Assembly: GCA_028534125.1 (NCBI GenBank)
Contig: CM052816.1
Location: 99,140,001-99,204,000, forward strand
Length of the DNA: 64,000 nucleotides
Direction: 5' to 3'
Source: Lama glama
Taxonomy: Eukaryota
The number at the start of each line of letters is the position of its first letter. Position 1 is the first letter of the stretch. Below the pieces are notes generated by a model. That model saw only the letters and a program-made list of their open reading frames with translations, ran no database searches and was not told the origin of the DNA. Of the stretch, positions 1 to 10,929 are shown piece after piece. The position numbers and the translations under genes were made by a program.

Positions 1-69
1 ATTAACTTCATTAGGTAAAATGAAGTATTTATTGACTATGCAAATTATTTGATGTGCAGACGTTTAATA

Positions 70-215
70 GCATTAAGAAGAACAGTTTCTCAAGTCAGAA
101 GATTTGACTTTAATGTCCAGTTTTGGCATTTACTTAGCATGACGTGCTTGGGCAAAACACGGACGCATGTCTCTAATTTTCAACCTCCTTGGCTCTGAAA
201 TGGAAACAGTATTTC
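70..215 (+). mobile_element. Degraded MIR SINE fragment
   Basis: Decayed MIR core-like sequence (tccagttttggcatttact...gggcaaaac...ctctgaaatggaaacagtat). Confidence 0.4.
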
Positions 216-333
216 CATCAACAAAGATCTAGTTGAAATCACATTTTTCTAACTTTCAGCATTTCATCATCAGTTCACACACTATAATTTAGAAAGCTGT
301 TTTCCTTAGGAAAGGATGTGAGAGTTATATTTT

Positions 334-765
334 TGTAACAGGGAAAAACAAACACGACTTCATATTCGATCCATTTCTTTTGCTTTAACTTTTGTATTTT
401 ATTGTTTTCACTACAAATTAATCACTAAAGGGATGTCGCCTATAGCTTAAACCTTGACCTGATCTACCTGTGAATGGCTGCAGGAAAGAAGACATTAACA
501 CATCCCTCCCAGAGTCTGGCTGGAACCAGGAAATATTTGCAACAACTTATCACCTTTTTTGCTTTACCTTTGCACCTCCCCCCGTTTACTCTATAAAAGA
601 AATTAGCATCCAAACCTGGGCAAGATGGTTCTTTGGGACACTAGTCCACCATCTTCTTGGTCTACTGGATTTCCAAACAAAGTCACTATTCCTTGTCCCA
701 ACACCTCATCTCTCTACTTATTGGTCTCTCATGTGGCAAGCAGCATGAGCTTGGACTCAGTAACT
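334..765 (+). mobile_element. ERV1-class solo LTR (MER34-like)
   Basis: Starts TGTAACA and ends GTAAC(T), a decayed CA end. TTTT flanks both sides (4-bp TSD). TATA-like ctataaaa near 591. The U5 tail aaagtcactattccttg...gagcttggactcagtaac is typical of this LTR group. Confidence 0.75.
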
Positions 766-859
766 TTTTCAGTATTGATCTGTAGCTATTTCAAAGGGTC
801 AAGGTCAGAAAATATGGTAGGCACTACATAGATATTTTTATAATTGTTTAAGATATATT

Positions 860-1410
860 TTGCAGGCTATGGTGTGTTTAATTTTCATAAATTCTTTGTG
901 TGTGCTTCAAAAATGTTTGTTCTCTAAATATTGAGTATAGGACACACTGTATTCCATCATGACATGGATGTTAAGTGTGTTATTCAGAATTTCTACATCT
1001 ACTTTTTTCAGTCTACTTAATCTGTCAATTTCTAAGAAAGTTATGTTAAGATCTACATTATGATGGTGAATTTGTCCATTTCTTCTTGTAATTCTCTTAA
1101 TGTTCTGCCTTTTATAATTTGTGTTAGGTGCATACAGATTCCAGAATGCTCTATCTTTTGAGTAAAACGAATCTTTTATCATGATGCAATGGTGGCATTC
1201 ATCTGCTGCGACCTCTGTGTTTCTTAAAGCCTATTCTATAATCTCAGTACAGATACACTGGCTTCCTTATGGTTTGTACTTGCCTGATAGAAGACCAGAG
1301 TTTGGTGGGGGGGATTTTAATTTTGTCTAATTCATCTATTTTTAATCCTTTGGTCCTAATTGGAAGTCCCTATATTTTAATAGGAAATGTAGTCCATTCA
1401 ATTTGTTGCT
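860..1410 (-). mobile_element. Old L1 ORF2 endonuclease-domain relic
   Basis: ORF 907-1182(-) MIKDS...NLYAPN...VDLNITFLEIDRLSR...LNN resembles L1 ORF2 EN (MIKGS...NIYAPN...GDFNTPLS.LDRS.RQK). Confidence 0.8.
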
Positions 1411-4400
1411 TTTACTAATTGTCTTACACTAGGTCCTCGGGAGCAGATTCTTGCAGAGAAAAAGGCCAAGAAAAGATGGGGTCGAGTGGGAAGGAGGGCA
1501 GGTTTAACTCAGGCAGCGCTGGGACGTCCAGGAAGAGGGAGACAGCACAGAGCTGCCTGGTCAGGAGCATGGAGTTGTTTCTTCTCGTGTTTTGGTGTAT
1601 GTTTGCCATCAGGTAAGGTCTGGCCTCTGTGAGAGGTGGAACAGCGGTGTAAATGGAGAGACAGGGGTGCAGGCTGTCAGGGTGAAATGATAAAGGGGCT
1701 CTGAGGGTGACAGCAGAACACTGACACTTTCAGTTACGCTGATACATTTTTCTAGCATCTCATCTATGTTCTGTTTACTACTTTTTGCTTCTTTTTTCCT
1801 ATCTGTTGGATCCTTGCATCTTCCTACCTACCTATCTATCTATTCATTCCTTATTTTCCACAGACATAAGTTTGAAACCATAAATTTTGTATATTTGAGG
1901 TAACTGTAACTATTTCACATACTCATGTGCCTGTGTCTAAAATTAATCAATAAATATGGCAAATCTCTCCTTAACTAGTAGTTCATAAGGGTATGTAGAA
2001 AGGTGCACCTCCAAACACCTTCATCTCCCATGCTATTGTATTTTATTTTCATCTTTCAAAAAAATGTTGAGGAATAACAATGCTGTCATTGTGCTTTCTC
2101 TTAATATAATACTTTGGATTCACAAAAAAAAGTCTTAGTTTCTTTGTTTATTTTTTAAAATCGTATTCTTACTCTGCTACCTTTGCTCAGTATTCTCAAT
2201 ATTCATCCTTTAATAATTCCTCCAGAAAAATTGTATGACTTGGGCACACCCGCGGCTTAAACATGTCCTTATTTTGTCCTAGTTCACCGGGTAAACGAGT
2301 CATTACTGAGGGGCATTTTGCAGCAACTCTTTCAAGCCGCCATCGGTTGGTCTCTGACCTGTACAATTAGTGCGACTGTCCAGTGTGCTCTTGGTGCAGT
2401 GTGGTTTAAATTTCTTATTTACATTTCATAAAGTTAATATATTTGGCTTTGTTTCAAGTTTCTCAATTTAAGTAATCCAAAATCTGTTGGAATATTTTAC
2501 TAGCTCTTTGAAAACTGTAAGAGGTAAACTTACCACGCAGGGTGCACTGTGCTTGCCGTGGGGAGTCACACAGAGGGGAGTCACATAGGCTCCCCATTCC
2601 CGGAGACTGCCTGAGCATCCAGACGGCCACAGGGGAGTGTTTTATGTTCTGCCAATAGAGAGCAGTCCCTCTTTCTCTCTACCCCTGAGGGAGTGGTGCC
2701 CGAGTTCACCATGGTAGTAAATTATGGTAAGCTCAGGGAATGGACTCTGTGATGCAGACAAGAGAAGTTCTGAAAAACGTTTCAACTGATTATTGAAAAT
2801 CAGTAAAACAATCTATGGGAGAAGATGAACAGTCTTCAAGTTGCTGGTTTGAAATGAACTGTGAGATAATTAAACAGAAAACTAAAACAACATAAATAAA
2901 TACATGAAGAGAAAAAAAAGCACAGGAAAAAAAAAACAAAACTCGCATAATAATCCCGGACATGTTGATGAGTCAGCTTGTAAAAAGAAGTAAGCTTTTC
3001 CCCCAATTGAAACATAATTAAAATACATATTTCAAAGCCTTTGAAGAATAATTGTGTGTGGCCATTCCTAGATTTGGCTACTTGCATAAATGCCGGTAGT
3101 TAAGGGAGCAGAGTCTCCACCATGTTAACCTTGTGACAGAGGGTGTGAAAGCTTAGGCATTAGGAGCCCACGTTCATTTTTTTTTAAACACATTTTTAAA
3201 ATAAACTGAGCTCAACTACCTGAACTTGTGGAACTCCCAGGGTTTTCTGCTAGGACTCTAGCCATATCTACTCTTACAAGATCTTTGTTTAAAAGCTTAG
3301 CATTGAATGAAGTTCCCGGAACCCCTCAGCTCTCAGAACTATCCCAGTCGGCTCCAAATACGATTTGTTAGTGTTGTCAGCGTATTTGCTCCTAGAACCG
3401 CTAATAATACAATCCCAATGGTGTGGCCTTGGTGTTCACTCAATTTCATAGGGAAAAAATTAGACAGGAAAAAACGGATGTGTCCTGCTTTCAAGCCTGC
3501 TACTCGACTGAATCAGAACATATTTAAGCTTTTCAGGTTTGTTTTTTTCCTCCATGGCAACAACAAGATACTCTTATATCATTATTTTACATGAGAAGCA
3601 TGTGGATTTCAGACACAGATATTCCATCATTCAGCACATTCACCCTTTCTGTCACATTTGGAGAACTCTGTTAGCAATCTGACAACCATCTGAGCTTTCA
3701 TTACTTTTTGGAATTTTGAATTAATGTTCTTAGTCTTGAATGGTACAGACCTTACCTTAGACGCTAAAGCTTCAACTCAGATATCCTCGCATCACTTTGT
3801 GAGAGCATCGCTCAGTATTCAACCTGTCCTGGAGGGACTTGATCATAATTTCCAGCTCCCTTTACTTAGAAACCTCTCTATAAGCTAATAACGAGAAAGG
3901 GAGATAACACTGATTGTCTGATATGTGTCAGCTACGGTGACCTTGGAGAGCCAGAAGGCATAAGGAAAGTGGGTCATTTCCATCCATCGAGAACTCTAAT
4001 ATTGACTGCTAGAGGAAATCCTGTGAAGTAAATATAGACAATGTCCAGTTAAGGGATTGGTACACTTGCAGAATGAAAAATTGCCATTTTGAGTAGAAGC
4101 GTAGAACAGCAGAATTCAGTTATTTTTCTTTCACTGGGTTGAATGAAACGGTCGCTGGCCTCTGCAGACTTCTATCTCCTGCTGTGACAAAACCCTAGGA
4201 GTCAAGAATATTTCACATTGTGTGGCAGCCACATACTTGATACACTGAAGTTCATAATTTTTTGGAAACTGGAATGTAGACAATGGCCACAAAACATAGC
4301 AAAATTTTCCATTGCACTTCCCCTTTTGAAATGTCAGTACCAAGACTCACATGTATTGGAAACACTTCCCCATAGTGGTCAAATTACAGGAAAAATTAAG

Positions 4401-6369
4401 TTGGCTGGGACCCTGGAGAGTTCTGGTCATGACCCGTAAGGCCAGCTGGATTTGGAATTGTCAGTATCCTTACCAGTCTCAAGCTTGTTATTCTTTTCCT
4501 AGACCGTGCTAGCGCTGAATTCACCGGCATCACTCCTTTTGGAATGTTTTCTTGTATGTGAAAAATTTCACCTAGCCCCGAGGACTGGCTGTGAATGCGC
4601 GTTTCAGTCACTGTGAATTATGTTTCCTGATCTCACTCTGCCTATTTTTCTCTGTAAGACACCCCAGGTCTCGCTAGATTAACTTAGGTTTCTGGGCCCC
4701 AAAAAGAAGGTTTAATCTTACAATTTGTGTGCTGCCCTCTCCAAGGAGAAAGCGCTTCACAGCGAGAAAGAGTAAGACTCTTTAAGATCTTTCTCTACTT
4801 CTGGACAAGAGCAGATTAATTGAGGATAATGTTGAGTTAGAGGTAGAAACACTAAGCCTGAAACAGTCTCAGAGGCCCGTCAAGACTGACCCAAATGTGT
4901 AGCTTGTTTTCCCTGCTGATGCAGCCTTAAAAGCAACTTTATTCTTTTTTTTGGAAGGTGAATATTATCAAGTTTCTGCTTCTTGACTGCTGACTCTTAA
5001 GCACTTTCAGTCAGGCACCAAAGTACCAGCAAATAAACCAACAAAAACGTGTACTTTCATTCTTCTTTTTTTAACACATTTTTGTCACTAGCATTTTTAC
5101 GTGTCTTCAACCTAGATGCATTAGGAACTGCTCCTGGAAGTGGTGCTAATGTCCGATGGTGCAAGGGAAAAGGTCGCCTGTGCCCTGAGTCTATAGCACG
5201 GATTTTAAACTGAGAAGAATGAAGAAATGCGAACTTGCCTAAGTGAGAAGAGCACAGTCTTACGTCTGTTACTTGTCTGCCCATTTTCAGCACAAGACTG
5301 GCCGGCAACAGTCTGTTCCATTGTCTGCTGCAGATGCCAAGGGGAAGCCCAATTCACGGTGGGAATTTCAGACACAGGTTCCTGAATCCTGAGTCTGAAG
5401 CAATGCTTAGAACAAGAGTCACTTAGCGCACCCAGTTCATTGAACATGGGCCCCAGGCTTCTCTGTGCCTGGGGTGGTCCATGGGAGTTAGATCAGCACC
5501 GACTCTCTCTTCCCTGCAGCCAGCATGTGCCACGCTGCACACGAGGATTATCACTAAATTGGGCACGGACTTCGTCTGGGTCTGATAATTTTCCCTACCA
5601 GTATCGAAAGAGGAACTCCTATGCTTAGACCACTTTAGAAATAATAAAATGAACTCCTGGACACGAGTAAGCTCAGATTTTATAATAGACTACAATGAAC
5701 TGACTATATACACACATGCAAAGAAACCACTGGAAAATGCAGGATGCTTCTATTCTCACCTCATTGGAGTAGTGTTACTGTGACTCCTTAAGTGAGAAAA
5801 ATATATCTCTATAAATTAGGTCTCTCATTTATCATGAGAGCACGTGATAAAGTTTTCCTGAAGAAAACAAGGGAACTAAATACAAACTGCACAAAGAAAA
5901 CAGTAAATACAATTTACTTCTGCATAAGGTTAAATCCAAATAAATAAAAATCACACTGGTGTTTAGATTAAATTAAAAACTGAAATTGTGGAGAACTTCG
6001 AAAAGAACTATGAGCATTCTCTTTGCTATCCAACCATTTTCAAGCTTTCTTACTCTTGGCAACAAATGAGTAAATTCTTAAAATAATCCTTTGGCAAATT
6101 ATAGACATTATAAGTTTCCTGGCCAGGAAAGAGGAGGCTAATTCAATAAATATTTAAAGGTTTCAAGACTCAGGGATTAAGTCATGTCATATATCTTTTG
6201 TCCTCAACTCAGTGAGTTCACCTTGGGTGGTGTTTGTGCCTTTAGGGCAGATTCAAATCTCGATGGAAAGATTCTTCTACAAGGAAACAAATTTAAAGAA
6301 TAGTTCTAAAGTTTCAAAGAAGCTAAAATTTTACTATCAGAAAAAATGACCAGAACTTCCCTTTTTCAA

Positions 6370-7050
6370 GTAGAGCATTTGGCATGATTTCTCTAGGCCT
6401 GAAGACTTCACATAGCTCTCTGCCTCCAAACTGCCATTTAAACCAAAGGTTCGTAGCTCATAAGACTGCAGGGCCTTTGAGCTGAAGTGTTTGCCTTATT
6501 CACACAGCCAGAGACACGTCAGGGGCATCAGTTCATGAGTGGCCTCTTGTCTGTTCAATAGTTCATACAATCAGTTTTCTTCTGTTCTTCTTATTGCTCA
6601 GAATTTCAATCAGACACTTGAAGTTATCCTCTGGGATAACTTTTCAGTAAAATGCCTTCAAAAATGTGGTGGTTTAGTCCCAGCTTTGATGACGTTAACT
6701 ATTTATACAGCATTAAAAGCACTGCTTTGGGGATTTGGGGCAGAGTCCTTGTCAGCAGCACCTGCGGATGCAGGAAGTGGAGAGTCGCTACGAGATACAT
6801 GGCGTCTTTTCTCACCAAAGCAGCAAAACTAAGTGTCTGGGTGGCACATCACTGGTTTTCCACCTGAGGTTTTCGCAGCGTGCCTTTTCATTAACTTTAT
6901 ATTTTTCCTGGCCAAAGAACTATTCTTCGTTTATAAGATATTCATGTATACGAACTCTGCAAAATGTAAGAATTTGTCTTTGATGCCCTTGGAGTTTCTT
7001 TAACAAATGAAAAGCAGGATTTGGTTCCCAAAATCCATGAGCCTTTTCCC
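6370..7050 (-). mobile_element. hAT-Charlie (Buster-type) transposase fossil, frameshifted
   Basis: Minus-strand translation across frames gives QILLFIC...GIKDKFL, SGGKPVM, SFAALVRKDAMYLVATLHFLHPQVLLTRTLPQIPKAVL (6830-6717), AV*IVNVIKA, GLNHHIF and GCVNKANTSAQ. This follows Buster transposase motif order: QLLVFVR..IKEEFL, TDGAPAM, GFAALVK..THCFLHR.AL..KTLP, AVKIVNFIKA, ADIF..MNE.N.S.QG. Confidence 0.8.
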
Positions 7051-7199
7051 TAGGTCATAACCTGGAGGGGAAGGGTGCTGCCGCCACCTGCCCTGTGACC
7101 TGCTACGAGGAATTAGCACAGGTGCCAGTGGTCCCAGAACTCACTGCACCGTTTGACAGAGGGACCGTTTTCTCTGTTCTCTCATTAATTTCAGAAATA

Positions 7200-7400
7200 T
7201 TTGGCGAGTGTCTAATAGGCTCTAGATACTGAGGCTATAAAAGGAGACAAAGGAGAGTCCTGTTTGGAGTAGCCTCATGGTGCGTATATTCTGATGAGCG
7301 AGAACAGGGCAGAAAATGAAAACATAGTAAGAGGCCAGGTGGTGAACAGCGCAGTGAAGAATTTGGTTTGAAAGGGAAGGGGCAGAGCAGGGCTTGGCGG
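7200..7400 (-). mobile_element. L2 3' fragment (degraded)
   Basis: gagacaaaggagagtcctg...gcctcatggtgcgtatattct resembles the antisense L2 3' end. Confidence 0.4.
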
Positions 7401-8619
7401 CTTTGCTCTCTCCATTTCCGTGTTTGGCCCTCAGCCACAGATCATGTTGAACTCTTCCAGAACATACGGCCACACACGCAATTCTCTAATTGTATGTGGT
7501 TTGTCTTGTTTAGCTATGGGAGAGCCAGCTTTTTAGAACGCTTCATACAGTGATTTGAGATTGGAGGAAATTTAGGTTTTGGCAGCATATCAGGCATTTC
7601 AACCTGATTCTCTTCCTCACAAAACTATGCAGGCTGCACAGATAAGAGGTATTTTTATATCTGACTTGGCTTCATGTTTCTAGTGGCAAGAACATTGCCC
7701 CGACAGAGGTGCCTGTCCCCCCATCACAAAGAAGAATGAAAATAATGTGGAAAGACACGTAAACATTCTTATGTTTCCCTTGATGGCTTGGACATGGTCT
7801 AACCTCAGATAAAGGCCTGATCATGAACATGCCAGCGCGTGGACGGTGTGCTGACGACTTACTCAGTGGTCGCCGAGGCTGAAGTAAGTCATGGTTCTTA
7901 TCCTGGTCCTGCTTTTCTGCTCTTGGCCAGAGCAGGGATTGGCGGTCACCCTCCCTCACCAGGACCATGAAATGTACCAGAGGGGGATATCCAGGCGGCC
8001 AGAACTTGCGCCTTGATTTGGTCAGTCCCCGTGATGCAGAGTTCATTTGGGGGGTTAAATAATAACAAAGTTGTGGTTCTTCCAAATAAGTTGGGTCTAA
8101 TAATGCCTGCAGTAACAGTGCACTCCGCCTCTGTGCCTTCACACATTCAGGATGAAATCATACACTGAAGATGAAGTACGTCCCAGCACTATACTAGGCA
8201 ATGAAAATATAATGAAAAGTAAAATAATTATGTGCAGAGTACTACCGTGTTTTTATGAAATGAACAATCGCACAAACACTTTTCTCGTATCTATATAAGC
8301 ATACGTATGTGAGTATTTGCGTCTGTTATATGAGCATGGAAAAAGGTAAAAAAAAAATCCAAAAAAGATGAGCTGTAAGAGCATCAGGTCATGCCTGCAA
8401 GGGTTCCCAGTCACAGGACAGTTATGTGGAGAGACTATGAAAACGGTGCTCCCTGCGGTCTTTGAAGTTGGACTTGCATCTACGCTGCTGTCTCTCGATA
8501 GTTCACTTAGGAAAAGCAGTTAACCTGCAGCATGATGCAAGCAGTGCAACTTTAGTTAAAAGGAAACAGAAGCCCAAACTAAACTAACAAGTCTCCCTCT
8601 CGCTCTCACTCTCAACTGA

Positions 8620-9110
8620 CCCCGAAAATAGGGGCATAAAACAGCCATTTACTATACTCAAGGGTCCCCAGCTTGAGGAGTTTGGACATGACAGATCTGG
8701 ATGGCTCGTCTCTGTTCTATGATAATCAGAGTCCAGCTAGAGCCTTGAGGCCCAGGGTCTAGAATAATCTAAAGTATCGTTTGTTCACAAGTCGGGAGGT
8801 TCACGCTGGCTTCTAGCTACGGGCCGGCCGGCCCTCTCCTTTCACTTTTTTCCTCTATGTGTCTGCGTTCCAAAGTCAGACAGAGAGACAGAGACGGAGA
8901 CAGAGACACAAACTGTCTGGAAGCTGTGTTGCCCCATGATCTAACCTCAGAAGTCAAGTTGCATTAATTCTACCACACTCTATTGACTGAAGCGATCACA
9001 AACACCTGCCAAATTCAAGAAGAGCATGAAATAGAAGTCATCTTTTATGGAAGAGATACAGGACCAGATACACTGCTGTGGTCACTTGAAGAAAAAGTAG
9101 AATCTGCTAC
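8620..9110 (-). mobile_element. MaLR LTR (old MLT1-type)
   Basis: ggggcataaaacagccatttactatactca...gctcgtctctgttct...cctcagaagtca...ttctaccacactctattg...ccaaattcaaga is the antisense MLT1 pattern. Confidence 0.55.
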
Positions 9111-9623
9111 AAACAAACACGCCAGGTTATTGACCCAATTTACCTTAAATGGAGATGACGGGCAGAATTAAAACTTCCTTTACACTTATTTGTATTATCT
9201 CATAAAACATGCATTACTTCCTGCATTTAAAACTTTCAAAAGCAGGACTTTAGAGAGAAAGAGCTCCAACTGAGAACACCAAGGACTACAAAATAAATAG
9301 AAACACTGACCCAATGAATAGCAAATAGAAGACCAAGAGTGAGAACAAGCTATCCGACAGACTGAGGGCCACAGAGGAACCGGAGGAGATGGAAGCGTCT
9401 GGAAGGGGATTAAAGTTTCATGATGAAATTTAAAAAAGGGTAGCGAAAAGTAGACTCTGTATTGCAGACAGTATAGAAAAAGTGTGTGGTGCACACTCTA
9501 AAAAGGTGTTAACAGCAATGACAGAGGAGAGTGTGGAGTTAGAAGATAAAGAATGTGGATCTGTGGATGAGAAATTGGTTTCTCTATAGAAGCTAATATA
9601 ATAAAGTTAAAAAAGCAAAGTGA

Positions 9624-10036
9624 AGAAAAGGGAACCTCCTTCACCGCTGGTGGGAATGCAGGCTGGTGCAGCCACTGTGGAAAACAGTATGGAGATTCCT
9701 CAAAAGACTAGGAATAGACTTACCATATGACCCAGGAATCCCACTCCTGGGCATATATCCAGAAGGAACCTACTTCAAAATGACACCTTCACCCCAATGT
9801 TCATAGCAGCACTATTTACAATAGCCAAGGCATGGAAACAGCCTAAATGTCCATCAACAGATGACTGGATAAAGAAGAGGTGGTATATTTATACAATGGG
9901 ATACTATTCAGCCATAAAAATGACACCATAACGCCATTTGCAGCAACATGGATGTTCCTGGAGAATGTCATTCTAAGTGAAGTAAGCCAGAAAGAGAGAA
10001 AAATACCATATGAGATCGCTCACATGTGGAATCTAA

Positions 10037-10076
<40 letters not shown>

Positions 10077-10369
10077 TAAATACAAAACAGAAACAGACTC
10101 ATAGACAAAGAATACAAATCTGTGGTTGCTAAGGGGGCGGGGATGGGAAGGGGCAGACTGGGATTTCAAAATGCAGAATAGATAAACAAGATTATACACT
10201 GTATAGCACAGGGAAATATGTACAAGATCTTGTGGTAGCTCACAGCGAAAACAAAAAATGTGACGATGAATATATGTATGTTCATGTGTAACTGAAAAAT
10301 TGTGCTCAACACTGGAAATTGACACAACATTGTAAACTGACTATAACTCAATAAAAATGTTTAAAAAAT
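9624..10369 (+). mobile_element. Young 5'-truncated L1 (ORF2 C-terminus plus 3' UTR, camelid type)
   Basis: ggtgggaatg...ccactgtggaaaacagtatggag...catatgacccaggaatcccactcctgggcatatatcc, then AATAAA and an A-tail at 10350-10368. Imperfect TSD: ttaaaaaagcaaagtga / ttaaaaaatacgaagtga. Confidence 0.95.
10037..10075. repeat. (AAT)n microsatellite inside the L1 3' UTR
   Basis: About 13 AAT units; explains the poly-Tyr in ORF 10020-10325. Confidence 0.95.
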
Positions 10370-10929
10370 ACGAAGTGATACACAATAGTTTCTTCATTCA
10401 AAAATAAATCTAAACTGCAAATGAAAAGCCCTTATCAAACACCTCCCAAAAGGGAGACTTTTTAACGTCAAACGTACATGGATGTGTTGCTGCAGTGTTA
10501 GTAGTGGTACTTTACGTTACTAGATGTAATTTCAAGGATAAGAAAATACTCTCAGATGAGTATTTTGAAATGAGATTATAGACCAGACAGAATACTTGTT
10601 TTAGAATGGGCAGGAAAAACATGAAGTAAGCTGTTAAATTTATGAGAAACTGGGAAGCATATCTGATGTTGTGGAGTCAGATGGAAAAAAAAATGAGTGC
10701 AAAATGAGTTGCATTATTTCAACCTTAAAAACAAGGGGATTCAAAGGTTCTAAAGACAAAGTAATATAAACGGAAGGGAAAGGTAACGCAGTACTCTCTT
10801 TGGATGAAGCACTCTTCATTAAATTCTTAGCCTTCATTACGTGAACAGTGGGACAATCTTGTCGGTCACTTGGGAACACGTGGCACCATTCTCTTTCTTC
10901 TGGTCTTGTTAAACATACCAGCTTACTCT

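Noticed and set aside
1420..1720. Purine-rich insert interrupting the antisense L1, possibly an old LTR
   Set aside because: No family, termini or TSD could be recognised.
6621..6642. 9-bp inverted repeat aagttatcc/ggataactt
   Set aside because: Short and inside the transposase fossil; likely chance.
7672..8146. 156-aa minus-strand ORF
   Set aside because: No recognisable homology, coding bias or convincing splice context.
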